Virus record (IMG/VR): IMGVR_UViG_3300042874_000108 | Coordinates: 1 to 51,001 of that record | Origin: a virus | Lineage: Duplodnaviria; Caudoviricetes | Reading direction: 5' to 3' (one strand) | Length of the DNA: 51,001 bases | Shown: positions 8,631-17,628 of the stretch, one piece after another | How the letters are laid out: every line of letters starts with the position of its first letter | How positions within the stretch are numbered: the first letter of the stretch is position 1 | Program-made: the position numbers and the translations under genes | Notes under the pieces: model-generated | Database searches by the model: none | What the model was told of the DNA's origin: nothing | What the model saw: only the letters and a program-made list of their open reading frames with translations

Positions 8631-8924
8631 TCACGCCTCCATCAAATATGCAGCAGCGGCCGCCTTCAACTCGGGCGGCGCTCGCTTGGCTTTCGAGTCT
8701 CCGATGGCAAGCCCCTGGGCGATAATGGCGGCGTCCCCAACGCGGATCGCCTCCGACATGACCGCGCGACGGAGTTGGGCTACCGTGGAGAAGTAGTAAA
8801 GCACGAGCCCATGTGTGCAGCGTGCTTGGCGGGCGACCTCTTGCAACGTCACGCGGGAGTACCCCGCCGTCTGGGCGACATCCATCGCCGCTTTTAGGAT
8901 GGCCGTCTTGCGGTTATTTTTCAT
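8631..8924 (-). CDS. TetR-like HTH DNA-binding protein
   Basis: RKTAILKAAMDV...GYSRVTLQEVARQARCTHGLVLYYF; TAATG coupling to upstream gene. Confidence 0.75.
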   Translation of the reverse strand: MKNNRKTAILKAAMDVAQTAGYSRVTLQEVARQARCTHGLVLYYFSTVAQLRRAVMSEAIRVGDAAIIAQGLAIGDSKAKRAPPELKAAAAAYLMEA

Positions 8925-9589
8925 TATGGTGCACCCCACTGTTCAGCCATCGCATCGGCAATCCCTTGGTAGGTTCGGCTTCGCTCTTTCCACCTGTCGT
9001 CGCTTGGGCCGAGCTTGTTTTGTCCGCTGTCACACTGGTTTCCCCACCGTGGCCGCGCCACTCTCTCGCCGTTGCAGTTCGGGCCTCCGTACTTGTCGCG
9101 GTTCGGCACTTCGGCCCCGCAGCACACCAGGCGCGGTTCCACAAACTTTGTCGGTTGCAGCGGCGGCAACCCTTTCAGCCAAAGGCAAGTCTTCTTGCTC
9201 GCGTCGTCGCCAAACTGGTAGGGGTTGATTATCTGATCCGGCTTGCGGATGCGTGAGCTGATTACGCTAACCGGGTTTTCAATCACAATCCGCTCAATCG
9301 GTGCATCCATCAGCCGCCGCACAAAGTCCAAGGCATCTTCTGTCAGCTTCGGATCGCGCAATCCTCGCGTTGTCCAGTGCATTCCGCTCACGCTCAGGTA
9401 CGTGCATGGCGGGTGCGCGATCATCAAGTCAAATTTCTGGGCACTTATCAGGTCGAAACAATCGCCCTGATAGTGGTACGGGCTGTCGTCCTCGGCCGGT
9501 TCAAAATCCGCAGACAAAACATCGTGCCCGAGCGCAGCAAAAGCGTTCCGCACGCGCCCGCTGTACTCACACGCTACCAAAATCATCAT
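8924..9589 (-). CDS. Compact phage C5-cytosine DNA methyltransferase-like protein
   Basis: LVACEYSG motif I variant, DLMIAHPPCT catalytic PC, IENPV motif VI. Confidence 0.75.
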   Translation of the reverse strand: MMILVACEYSGRVRNAFAALGHDVLSADFEPAEDDSPYHYQGDCFDLISAQKFDLMIAHPPCTYLSVSGMHWTTRGLRDPKLTEDALDFVRRLMDAPIERIVIENPVSVISSRIRKPDQIINPYQFGDDASKKTCLWLKGLPPLQPTKFVEPRLVCCGAEVPNRDKYGGPNCNGERVARPRWGNQCDSGQNKLGPSDDRWKERSRTYQGIADAMAEQWGAP

Positions 9590-10062
9590 CGTATCGTCCC
9601 CACTCCAGCTGCAAACCCGGCGTCTCCGCCCAGCGCGTTTATCATCTCAATCCACTTGGCCTGCGCCCGTTCCCGATCAGTCCCACGGTACTTCCATCCC
9701 GCCTCTTTGACCTCCCGGCAGATGAAGCGGCCAAAGGTCGCCCCGACATGCGCAGATGTGAGCGTCACCGGCATGATGCCACAAAGGTCACTGCTTTTGA
9801 CAATTTTGTTAAGTTGCGCCGAATCGTTGCACAGACCCCAGCGAATGAACGAACCGTCTTGCAGCACGCCCGCCCCGTTGTTGTTGCGCCATAACCTTCC
9901 GCCCAGCCGCGAGGCTTCGAGCCGCACCTGCGTCTGGATGGCGGCCTCCGATGTGCCCGGCACCGCCGCGCCCACATCGGGCGGCAGCAGGATCGCCCGC
10001 AGTTCGGCCAGGGCGGCGGCGGAGATACCGTGGCGGGCTGCCCACGTTTCAAGAGTACTCAT
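9586..10062 (-). CDS. VRR-NUC (PD-(D/E)xK) nuclease
   Basis: SEAAIQ...LWRNNNG...SSDLCG...REVK...QAKW pattern; GGAGG RBS. Confidence 0.8.
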   Translation of the reverse strand: MSTLETWAARHGISAAALAELRAILLPPDVGAAVPGTSEAAIQTQVRLEASRLGGRLWRNNNGAGVLQDGSFIRWGLCNDSAQLNKIVKSSDLCGIMPVTLTSAHVGATFGRFICREVKEAGWKYRGTDRERAQAKWIEMINALGGDAGFAAGVGTIR

Positions 10063-10313
10063 TTCCTCCCTTTCATAACGCGCGGGTGCAGCCACATCGC
10101 TGCGACAATCCCGATCGGGCCGCCGGCCAGCGTTGCCGCGATCTGCCCGGCGTTAGCGTCGGGAACCAGCCGCCACAGGAAAATCTGCGCAGTCCCGATG
10201 CCGAGGCTGGTGAGGATGGCGGCCAGGTAGTGCCCCCCGTGGACGTTCTTCTGCTGGAAGCCAAGCAGGAACACCGTAAAGAACGCCGAGGCGAATAGGG
10301 CTAGGTGGGTCAT
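10059..10313 (-). CDS. Small membrane protein
   Basis: 84 aa, three hydrophobic segments, coupled to both neighbours. Confidence 0.65.
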   Translation of the reverse strand: MTHLALFASAFFTVFLLGFQQKNVHGGHYLAAILTSLGIGTAQIFLWRLVPDANAGQIAATLAGGPIGIVAAMWLHPRVMKGRK

Positions 10314-11062
10314 TTGGCGGCGGCCTCAGTTGCAAGGCGGTACTGACTGATCTGGAAATAGTTTAGGTCTCTTTCCATGCCGATAAAGCGGCGCCCGGTA
10401 TTGACGCACGCCACCCCCGTCGAGCCGCTCCCCATCGTGTTGTCCAACACCGTCTCACGGGGGTTGCTGTATGTTTTGATGAGGTACTCACACAGGGGCA
10501 CCGGCTTTTGCGTCGGGTGAAAAGTGTTCCCTTCAGAGGGGAAATCTAGGATTTGCCGGGGGTAGCCAGTGAATTCTTGGGTATAACTTTCTAGGTGTAT
10601 TCCCCCGGTGACTACACTCGTGGCCCCGGTCGTTTTTCCGCGAGCGATATGGCTCGCGGAGTTCTTTATTTCCCGGTTCACGACCTCCAGGTCTTGCGGG
10701 TTGTAAGTGGGCTGCTTCCGGTAGAACACCAAGCATTCTTCCACGTCTTTCATCGGCATTTTCTTCGCGTTCAAATGCCCGGTTGCCCGCGTCTTTCTCC
10801 AGAACCACGAATACTTCAGCCACGAAAGGTTCGACGCCCCCAGGGCGCTGGTAAAGGGCTGCGACCCAAAGAGTAAGATGGCTCCATTTTCCTTGACCAC
10901 TCGGCGATACTGTTCCCAAAGACGACTGAAGGGGATAACTGAATCCCACGCGCAGGCAGTCGTGCCGTAGGGCAGATCGCACAAAACCATGTCTACGGAG
11001 CCGTCCGCCAAGCCGCCCATCAACTCAAGGCAGTCCCCGTGCAGCACCACGTTACTTGTCAT
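10310..11062 (-). CDS. DNA N4-C/N6-A methyltransferase (beta class)
   Basis: GDCLELM...DLPY, HPTQKP, LDNTMGSGSTG motifs. Confidence 0.9.
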   Translation of the reverse strand: MTSNVVLHGDCLELMGGLADGSVDMVLCDLPYGTTACAWDSVIPFSRLWEQYRRVVKENGAILLFGSQPFTSALGASNLSWLKYSWFWRKTRATGHLNAKKMPMKDVEECLVFYRKQPTYNPQDLEVVNREIKNSASHIARGKTTGATSVVTGGIHLESYTQEFTGYPRQILDFPSEGNTFHPTQKPVPLCEYLIKTYSNPRETVLDNTMGSGSTGVACVNTGRRFIGMERDLNYFQISQYRLATEAAAK

Positions 11063-12647
11063 TCTCTATCCTCTCAGTCAATGCCTCAGCATCCGCCCGC
11101 CCCAACGCCTGTGCAGATGCCACGTCCACGCCATACGTCAACCAGAAGCGCCGTTGCGCTTGCGACAGGCTCATCCCCTCTGCCACCCGACGCCCGCCCC
11201 ACTGTGCCATCGCCTCGCGCAGCGCCGCCTGAGCCTGCTGCTTCTCGTGGTGGCGCTTCTTGACCGCCCCTGCGACCTCGGGAGTGGCGCTGTAGGGAAT
11301 CACCAGGGGCTTGTCGATCTCGCCGCGCAGCCGCGCCAGCGCATCGGGCGTCAACTCGGCCAGGTCGCCGTCAACCATCTCCGGCCCCGAGCGCCCGGCC
11401 GGCTCCGGGTAGTGGCCGCAGAACGGGCACTCACGGTAGATGCGCTCGTAAACCGACAGGCACGACGGGCAGGTGCGCACCGGGATCACATCGTCGGGCT
11501 TGCCGCGTGCCCGCTTCTCGCGGCGGTCGAGCGTCCAGACTCGGGGAGCGTCGGGGAGGCCGTGGCGGAGGACGTTGCTTACGTGGTCGAAGTAGACCAT
11601 GTGCTCCTTGCCGGGGAAGATGCGCAGCCCCCGCCCAAATCGTTGCGCGAAGCGGTTGAAAGAATGAGACGCGGCCCCATCGCTCACGACCTCCACGCCG
11701 GGGCAGTCGAAGCCCTCATCAATCAAGGCGACTGAGACAATCTGAAGCAAGTCTTTGCGTTTGAACCGACCGATGACGGCGGCGCGCAGGGCGTCCGGAG
11801 TCTTCCCGGTAAGCACTTCCGCCGAGACTCCGGCCTCCCGGAAGTTCTGGGCGATGGTGATGGCGTTTTCTATCGAGTCTGCGAACGTCAACCCAGACTT
11901 CCCCATCGCGTGCTGGACGTAATGCGCCACGATGTCGCCCATTACGGTAGATTTTTTGGTGGCTTCTCGTAGTTCCGGGGGACTGAACTCGCCGCCAGCG
12001 GTCACATGAACCGCGCTCAGATCGAGGTTCGATGGCGGCGCGAAAATACGATAGTTCGATAGCATCCCGGCGTCGATCAAGTCCCTCGGAGTCGGCCCGA
12101 GAAGCAGGGCGTCCATCACCCCGTCCGCGTGGCGCCCGAGTCCGCGTCCGTCTGCCCGCCCAGGGGTTGCCGTAACCCCGAGCCCCCGCGCGTTGGGGAA
12201 CCGGGCAACCGCCTTGCCAAAAAGGTTGCCAGCAGTAATGTGATGCGCTTCATCGTGAACCCACAGTTTCACTTGCCGAAACCAGTCCGGGGGCGCCTTG
12301 CTGGTGACGACGCTTTGTACGCTGCCTACTGCCGTCCGGGCATCCGGGTCGTGGTAGTGAGCGCCGAGTTCATCCAGATGCGCACGAATACAGAGGCGAG
12401 AGAGGGCGCTCGGGCCAATAACGCGGTGGCGCACTTTCTCGCGCGCAAGGGCCAGCGATATTTGAGACACAAGTTCCGCTCGGTGCGCCAGCACGACGGA
12501 CGCGCCCGGTTCCTCCTTGACAATGTGACTGAGCGTGACGGTCTTGCCCCCGCCTGTCGGGAGTACGGCAAGGACGTTGGCGCTCCCGTTCGCCCAGGCC
12601 GCGTTGATGTCGTCGTGCATTTTTTGTTGGTAGGGCCTAAGGTTCAT
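11052..12647 (-). CDS. Superfamily 2 DEAH helicase with C-terminal Zn ribbon
   Basis: LRPYQ, PTGGGKT, DEAHH, TATP, EGFD, QRFGRGLR; CPSC...CPFC. Confidence 0.92.
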   Translation of the reverse strand: MNLRPYQQKMHDDINAAWANGSANVLAVLPTGGGKTVTLSHIVKEEPGASVVLAHRAELVSQISLALAREKVRHRVIGPSALSRLCIRAHLDELGAHYHDPDARTAVGSVQSVVTSKAPPDWFRQVKLWVHDEAHHITAGNLFGKAVARFPNARGLGVTATPGRADGRGLGRHADGVMDALLLGPTPRDLIDAGMLSNYRIFAPPSNLDLSAVHVTAGGEFSPPELREATKKSTVMGDIVAHYVQHAMGKSGLTFADSIENAITIAQNFREAGVSAEVLTGKTPDALRAAVIGRFKRKDLLQIVSVALIDEGFDCPGVEVVSDGAASHSFNRFAQRFGRGLRIFPGKEHMVYFDHVSNVLRHGLPDAPRVWTLDRREKRARGKPDDVIPVRTCPSCLSVYERIYRECPFCGHYPEPAGRSGPEMVDGDLAELTPDALARLRGEIDKPLVIPYSATPEVAGAVKKRHHEKQQAQAALREAMAQWGGRRVAEGMSLSQAQRRFWLTYGVDVASAQALGRADAEALTERIENDK

Positions 12648-12880
12648 TTATATAGCGGCTCGATAAACCCGTCGCAATCCAACCACGCATCTTCTTTGTC
12701 GAAGTAAATCGTCTCGCGGTCAGTCAACCACGCAACTGGAACTGCGTTAGAACTGTCCCGCCGCCCCGCGTTGTAAAACTTCTCGCACAACTCGCGGACT
12801 CGCCTGGTTTGAGCCGGCGTCAGCTTGTCGATGTACGTGTCACTCTTTATCCAGAGATCGGTAAATGCGGCGAAGGTCAT
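12644..12880 (-). CDS. Hypothetical protein
   Basis: GAGG RBS, ATGA overlaps. Confidence 0.6.
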   Translation of the reverse strand: MTFAAFTDLWIKSDTYIDKLTPAQTRRVRELCEKFYNAGRRDSSNAVPVAWLTDRETIYFDKEDAWLDCDGFIEPLYK

Positions 12881-13152
12881 TTCGTGTTCCTCTTTTTGTT
12901 CGTGAGTACCTTGCGGCCATACTGAGCCTCGCGTGTCTTAAATCGATGGAGGGCCCCGACCTCCGACTTCAGAACCCGGATCGCGGAGAGCCTCTGTCTC
13001 AACGAAAGCAGGCGGCCGACGAATACGGGTCGCTTCGTGCCCCACCGTACAGCGAAAGGAACCACGCGCGCCCTTGTACGAAAAGTCCATTCAGCCACGA
13101 CTTCCACCCCAGTCACTCGGTACTGCGGGTAAACATTTGTTTTGATCGGCAT
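12877..13152 (-). CDS. Hypothetical basic protein, first gene of the leftward operon
   Basis: GGAG RBS, 91 aa. Confidence 0.6.
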   Translation of the reverse strand: MPIKTNVYPQYRVTGVEVVAEWTFRTRARVVPFAVRWGTKRPVFVGRLLSLRQRLSAIRVLKSEVGALHRFKTREAQYGRKVLTNKKRNTK

Positions 13153-13173
13153 CTCGTCGTCTCCATTAATTTA

Positions 13174-13202
13174 TTGACAGTTTTGTAAGGATACCCTAAG
13201 AT
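13174..13202 (+). promoter_or_regulatory. Sigma70-like promoter of the rightward replication operon
   Basis: TTGACA-N17-TAAGAT in an AT-rich divergent intergenic region. Confidence 0.7.
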
Positions 13203-13234
13203 GCAATCTCAGTCCACCGAACAGAGGAAATAAA

Positions 13235-14017
13235 ATGAGCGTTACGATCACAATTACCGACCCGTCCAGCACGCCTCCAGAGGAGCTTCAGGCGGTGATG
13301 GGGATGCTGGGGGGCTTCCTGCCTACCTCGCGGTCTGCTTTCGAGGGGCTCGGGGCGTCGGCGGTATTCGGCACGCCGCCTCCCCCGCCCGCGGAACACC
13401 CTGACCTGGTTCCGGTAGTTATGCCGGGAGGCGCGGCGCTCATTATTGGCGTCGAACTCGACAAAGACGGCATCCCGTGGGACGGCCGCATCCACACGCA
13501 AATCAAGTCCAAGACCGTCGAAGGCGTCTGGAAGAAGCGCCGCAACCTTGAGCAGGACTACCTTGCCGCCGTGACCTCCGAGCTGCGGGCGACGATGATG
13601 GCCCCCGCTCCGGTGGCCGAGGTGCCAGCGCCCGCCCCGGTAGCCGAGGTGCCCGCTCCGCCCGCCCCGGTAGCCGAGGTGCCCGCTCCGGTGGCCGAGG
13701 TGCCCGCTCCGGTGGCCGAGGTGCCAGCGCCCGCCCCGGTAGCCGAGGTGCCCGCTCCGCCCGCCCCGGTAGCCGAGGTGCCCGCTCCGCCCGCCCCGGT
13801 AGCCGAGGTGCCCGCTCCGCCAGCGCCCCCTGCAGCCCCCGGCATTTCCTTTGCCGAGTTCATGGGCCACGTTACCGCGGGCGTCACCAGCAGCCGATTC
13901 ACCCGTGAGGGGGTTATGGCGGCGTGCGTGGCGAACGGAGTCCCCAATCTGCCCGGCCTCATCAATCGCCCCGACCTCATCCCGGCGGTGGCACGTGAGT
14001 TGGGGTTGATAGCATGA
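13235..14017 (+). CDS. Phage replication-module protein with Pro/Ala-rich repeat linker
   Basis: GAGG RBS; ELDKDGIPWDGRIH...WKKRR domain, eight APVAEVP repeats, small C-terminal helical domain. Confidence 0.8.
   Translation: MSVTITITDPSSTPPEELQAVMGMLGGFLPTSRSAFEGLGASAVFGTPPPPPAEHPDLVPVVMPGGAALIIGVELDKDGIPWDGRIHTQIKSKTVEGVWKKRRNLEQDYLAAVTSELRATMMAPAPVAEVPAPAPVAEVPAPPAPVAEVPAPVAEVPAPVAEVPAPAPVAEVPAPPAPVAEVPAPPAPVAEVPAPPAPPAAPGISFAEFMGHVTAGVTSSRFTREGVMAACVANGVPNLPGLINRPDLIPAVARELGLIA
13604..13822 (+). repeat. Coding tandem repeat (21-30 bp units, eight APVAEVP copies)
   Basis: CCGGTRGCCGAGGTGCC core repeated eight times. Confidence 0.9.
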
Positions 14018-15144
14018 GCGAGCTCTTCCACTTCCCCCTGTCCGCCAGTGCCGCCGCGCGCTGGGTTGCCTGCGCCGGCAGCGTCAACCTGTGCGCCCTG
14101 TACCCGAGCGGCGACACGCCTAAGTCGATGGAGGGCACGGCGGCGCACTGGGTCGCCAGCGAGACTGTCCTCTGCGGTGCGCCTGCCCTCGGAGCCATCG
14201 CGCCCAACGGTATTGAAGTGACTGAGGAGATGCTGGACGGCGCCGATATGTACGCTGCCGACGTGCTCGCGGTTGCGGGCGTTGGCGGCAAGCTGCACGT
14301 CGAGAAGACGATGGGCAGCCCCCTCATTCACTCGGATTGCGGCGGTACACCCGACGCCTGGCACCACGACTCCGGCAACATCACAGTCTGGGACTACAAG
14401 TTTGGCCACGGGTTTGTTGACGTGTTCGAGAACTGGCAGTTGATTGTGTATGCGGCGGGCATCCTGGAGCAACTCGGCGTCACCAACGACTCCGGCGTGG
14501 ATGACTCGTTCTTCACGTTCACCTTCCGCATCGTGCAGCCCCGCAACTACCACCGCGACGGGCCGATCCGCGAATGGCGAGTGCGCGCCAGCGACCTGCG
14601 AGCCCACTTCAACATTTTGCGCATGGCGGCGGAGAAAGCCTGGCTGCGCACCGACGCAAAATGCACGCCGAACGACCAGTGCGACTACTGCGACGGTCGC
14701 GGCCATTGCGAAGCCCTGCAACAGACCGGCTTCAAGGGCATGGACTACGCCAGCGGCTCCACGCCGCTTGAGTTGACCAACGCTGCGCTCGGCACCGAAC
14801 TCACGCTCATCAACCACTACCTCGCGCGGCTCGAAGCGCGCAAGACCGGCCTCGAAGAAATGGCCGTCGCCCAGATCAAAGCGGGGGACAGAGTGCCGGG
14901 CTTTGCGCTCGACTCGACCGTTGGCCGCCTCGCGTGGTCAAAGCCGGTTGAGGAAGTGATCGCGCTGGGGCAAATGATGGGCGTTGAGGTCAGCAAGCCG
15001 GGCGTCATCACTCCGACACAGGCGATCAAGGCGGGCTTGCCGGACACGGTGGTTGCGGGGTACTCGGCGCGGCCCGCAGGCAGTTTGAAGCTGGTGGCGT
15101 CCAAGCACTCGGAGGCGCGTCGGGTGTTTGGTGGTGGCGCATAA
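14014..15144 (+). CDS. DUF2800-type Cas4-like PD-(D/E)xK nuclease
   Basis: SASAAARWVAC, EGTAAH, GTPDA...WDYKFG, QLIVYA, CDYC...C (Fe-S-type cysteines). Confidence 0.85.
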   Translation: MSELFHFPLSASAAARWVACAGSVNLCALYPSGDTPKSMEGTAAHWVASETVLCGAPALGAIAPNGIEVTEEMLDGADMYAADVLAVAGVGGKLHVEKTMGSPLIHSDCGGTPDAWHHDSGNITVWDYKFGHGFVDVFENWQLIVYAAGILEQLGVTNDSGVDDSFFTFTFRIVQPRNYHRDGPIREWRVRASDLRAHFNILRMAAEKAWLRTDAKCTPNDQCDYCDGRGHCEALQQTGFKGMDYASGSTPLELTNAALGTELTLINHYLARLEARKTGLEEMAVAQIKAGDRVPGFALDSTVGRLAWSKPVEEVIALGQMMGVEVSKPGVITPTQAIKAGLPDTVVAGYSARPAGSLKLVASKHSEARRVFGGGA

Positions 15145-15194
15145 CGCTTGACATAACCGGCGCGCTTTAGCGCGTCCAACTTGGAGAAGATGAT

Positions 15195-15458
15195 ATGGAA
15201 TATGAAGAAGTGATTTCGGCGTGGAATGCGCAGGCGGACGACGCGAATAGCTGGGATGCGTTAGGCGAGGACGAAAAGATAGACTTCACCACGGCTCTAG
15301 GGCGCGAGGCGTGCGCTGCCGAGATTCGCAAACTGCGCGAACTTTGCCGCGAGGCTTACCACGCGCTGAGTTGCGGCGAGGACGGTGAGGAGTTCGACCG
15401 CACTCATGCTTTATGCGGCAAACTCTCGCTGGAGTTTGTGATGACGCCTATCGCATAG
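15195..15458 (+). CDS. Hypothetical protein (cassette-like)
   Basis: GGAG RBS, 87 aa, bracketed by attC-like sequences. Confidence 0.6.
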   Translation: MEYEEVISAWNAQADDANSWDALGEDEKIDFTTALGREACAAEIRKLRELCREAYHALSCGEDGEEFDRTHALCGKLSLEFVMTPIA

Positions 15459-15504
15459 CTAGGGGGCACGCTTCAGCGCGTCCAACTTGAGCGCCTGGTT
15501 AGGC
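15446..15504 (+). other. attC-like 59-bp element
   Basis: GCCTATC (one mismatch to RYYYAAC) ... central hairpin ... GTTAGGC; core nearly duplicated at 15163-15183. Confidence 0.5.
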
Positions 15505-15522
15505 TCGACGGAAAGGTGAGAA

Positions 15523-15726
15523 ATGACAGAAATGCAGAAATACAGGAAATCGCTAGAACGGCATCCAGGCGTGCCGATTGCCGCAGCATTCACCGCGCTA
15601 GGGTTTGCCGCTGGCGCCAGTAAAGGCGGAGACTGGATTGTGGGCGGGGTGATCGGGGCTGCGGTCATGTCGGTGTTTTGGTTGCCCGTGCTTTGGACTG
15701 CGTGGGATATGAGAAACGGTGCCTAA
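15523..15726 (+). CDS. Small two-TM membrane protein (cassette-like)
   Basis: AAGGTG RBS; stop codon lies inside GCCTAAC. Confidence 0.6.
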   Translation: MTEMQKYRKSLERHPGVPIAAAFTALGFAAGASKGGDWIVGGVIGAAVMSVFWLPVLWTAWDMRNGA

Positions 15727-15843
15727 CGCCCAAGGCAAGCCTCCCGCCGCCAACGAACCGAACGAAGGAGAGAACCCGTGAACGACCAGAAAAACACAAA
15801 CGAAGCCGCTTGCGGCGGGTCGGCCTTGACCGCCGAGTTAGGA
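15721..15843 (+). other. attC-like element
   Basis: GCCTAAC...CAAGGC...CCCGCCGC-loop-GCGGCGGG...GCCTTG...GTTAGGA nested inverted repeats. Confidence 0.55.
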
Positions 15844-16062
15844 CTGAAACCATGCCCGTTTTGCGGTAAGGCTGAAACGCTGGGCGTGATTACCGGGCAG
15901 GAGCTTATGGACGACGATCAAGAGTTTTGGCCGCACTCGGATTCTTATGCCGTGGTGTGTGATGCGGCAACTGGCGGTAAAGGCGGCTGCGGGGCAATGG
16001 GCGGATTTGCTGGCACCAAGCCACAAGCCATTGCCAGGTGGAACACGCGCGCCCCTAACGCA
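15778..16062 (+). CDS. Lar-like restriction alleviation Zn-finger protein; end given is the domain end, since the frame stays open to 17190
   Basis: AAGGAG RBS; LKPCPFCG...VVC...CGA...AIARWNTRA pattern. Confidence 0.65.
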
Positions 16063-16116
16063 CGATGGCCCCTCGCCCAATTAACCCCCCAATTAACCAG
16101 CCAAGCCACATTTTCC

Positions 16117-16144
16117 TTGACAAACGCCGTTCAGCGGGTATTAT
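16117..16144 (+). promoter_or_regulatory. Sigma70-like internal promoter
   Basis: TTGACA-N16-TATTAT just upstream of the ORF at 16151. Confidence 0.55.
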
Positions 16145-16150
16145 GGAGCC

Positions 16151-16360
16151 ATGAAAAGCGAGAAATCGGACATAAGAATCAGCGTCAGGCGCGGGGATGG
16201 GAAGACTCGGAAGATCGAGCTTTTCCCGCACGTGCTGCCGGGGCGCTATTTAATCAAGGTAGACGGTCTCAAATCCGGGAAAGTCGCCACAACCACCGTG
16301 ACCGAGGTAATGCACAAACTTCGGGAGTGGCTATCAACCAAAAGGAGCAACGAGCAATGA
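16151..16360 (+). CDS. Hypothetical basic protein
   Basis: GGAG before ATG; ATGA overlap with SSB start. Confidence 0.55.
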   Translation: MKSEKSDIRISVRRGDGKTRKIELFPHVLPGRYLIKVDGLKSGKVATTTVTEVMHKLREWLSTKRSNEQ

Positions 16361-17190
16361 AGAACTTCACGACACCCGTAGGCCGTTTTGTAACGGGCAG
16401 CCTCACCAAACCCCAGACCACCGATTTTGACGGCAACCCCCTGGTCTTCAAGACGGGCCCGGATGCGGGGAAGCCACGCAACAACTACTTCATCGGCATC
16501 GCTGTCCCCAAGGGCGCCGAGACGCACTGGAGCCAGACGCCCTGGGGCGCAGAAATCTGGAAGTTCGGTCACGAGGCTTTCCCGCAGGGACAGGCGGACT
16601 TGCCGGGGTTCTCGTGGAAGATCGAGGATGGAGACAACGCAGTCCCCAACCCGGACGCCGGCATGAAGCGCAACTGTGACCGCGAGGGGTACAAAGGCTG
16701 CTGGGTTCTCAAGTTCTCCTCCAGCTTCCAGTCGAGCACGTACAACTCCGACGGCAGCGCCAAGATTGAGCCGGAGTCGGTCAAGCCGGGCTACTTCATC
16801 CAGATAAACGGCGACATGCAGAGCAACGGCAAGCAAAGCAAGTCCGGCGTCTACCTCAATCACAAGATGATCGCCCTGGCCGCCTACGGCTCAGAGATTG
16901 TCTACGGCCCCGACGCTGCCGAGGCTGGCTTCGGCGCAAGCCCGCTGCCCGCTGGAGCATCCGCCGTCCCGGTGGCGAGCTTCGCGCCGCCTGCTGCGCC
17001 CCAAGCGCCCGCTGCACCTCAAGCGCCGGTGGCTCCGCCGCCCCCCGCACCTGCCTTCCTGCAAGTGCCGCCGCCGGCCGCCCTGGCTCACGTCATGTTG
17101 CCGCCGGCCAACGGCGCAACTTACGAGGCCATGCGCGCGGCGGGCTGGACTGACGCCACGTTGGTTCAGATGGGGATGATGGTGGGATGA
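16357..17190 (+). CDS. Single-stranded DNA-binding protein (DUF2815/gp2.5-like)
   Basis: AAGGAG RBS; TPVGRFV...KIEDGD...GCWVLKF...GVYLN; typical position between DUF2800 and polymerase. Confidence 0.75.
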   Translation: MKNFTTPVGRFVTGSLTKPQTTDFDGNPLVFKTGPDAGKPRNNYFIGIAVPKGAETHWSQTPWGAEIWKFGHEAFPQGQADLPGFSWKIEDGDNAVPNPDAGMKRNCDREGYKGCWVLKFSSSFQSSTYNSDGSAKIEPESVKPGYFIQINGDMQSNGKQSKSGVYLNHKMIALAAYGSEIVYGPDAAEAGFGASPLPAGASAVPVASFAPPAAPQAPAAPQAPVAPPPPAPAFLQVPPPAALAHVMLPPANGATYEAMRAAGWTDATLVQMGMMVG

Positions 17191-17378
17191 TGGACGAGGT
17201 ACTTGACGCCAAGCGCCGCCTTCAAACCGCGGTCATGCGCGCCTGCCGTGCGGAGTTGCGGGCGTTCGAGAAGGAAAGGGGGTTTCGCATGGATCGAGTG
17301 AGCACGGAGTTGGGCACCAGAGACCCCGAGTCCCTCAACCTGCGCATTGAAATTGTGGCAAGGAGGGGGAAACAGTGA
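17187..17378 (+). CDS. Hypothetical protein
   Basis: 63 aa, coupled to both neighbours. Confidence 0.55.
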   Translation: MMDEVLDAKRRLQTAVMRACRAELRAFEKERGFRMDRVSTELGTRDPESLNLRIEIVARRGKQ

Positions 17379-17614
17379 ACCCAATCGCCCGATTGAGGGA
17401 GGGAGCCGCCGGCACCTGCGGGTCGTGCAGGTATTGGAGCCCGTGTGCCGGGGACACCAGCGTTGGCGATTGTGACTCTGCTCTTCTCGTAAAGGGGTAC
17501 GGCGACCCCCCGGCTATCGTCCCTTCCAACATGGCCTTTGTTGAGGCTGACGAAGGCTGGGCGTTCCTTTCTGGCCCGGACTTTGGCTGCGTGAACTGGG
17601 AGCCAAACGAGTGA
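17375..17614 (+). CDS. Small Cys-rich protein
   Basis: GGAGG RBS; CGSCRYW...GDC...FGCVNW. Confidence 0.6.
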   Translation: MNPIARLREGAAGTCGSCRYWSPCAGDTSVGDCDSALLVKGYGDPPAIVPSNMAFVEADEGWAFLSGPDFGCVNWEPNE

Positions 17615-17628
17615 TGGTGGGCTGAGGC

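Noticed and set aside
13196-14817. Long minus-strand ORFs (224 aa and 419 aa)
   Set aside because: Antisense shadows of GC-rich and repeat-containing + strand genes
14014-15144. Cas4-like gene as part of a CRISPR adaptation module
   Set aside because: DUF2800-type nucleases are routine in this nuclease-SSB-PolA replication module; no cas1, cas2 or array is present, and no link to the RAMP locus can be shown
15778-17190. A single 470-aa protein as the main product
   Set aside because: SSB has its own RBS and coupled start at 16357, and a promoter and separate ORF lie inside the frame
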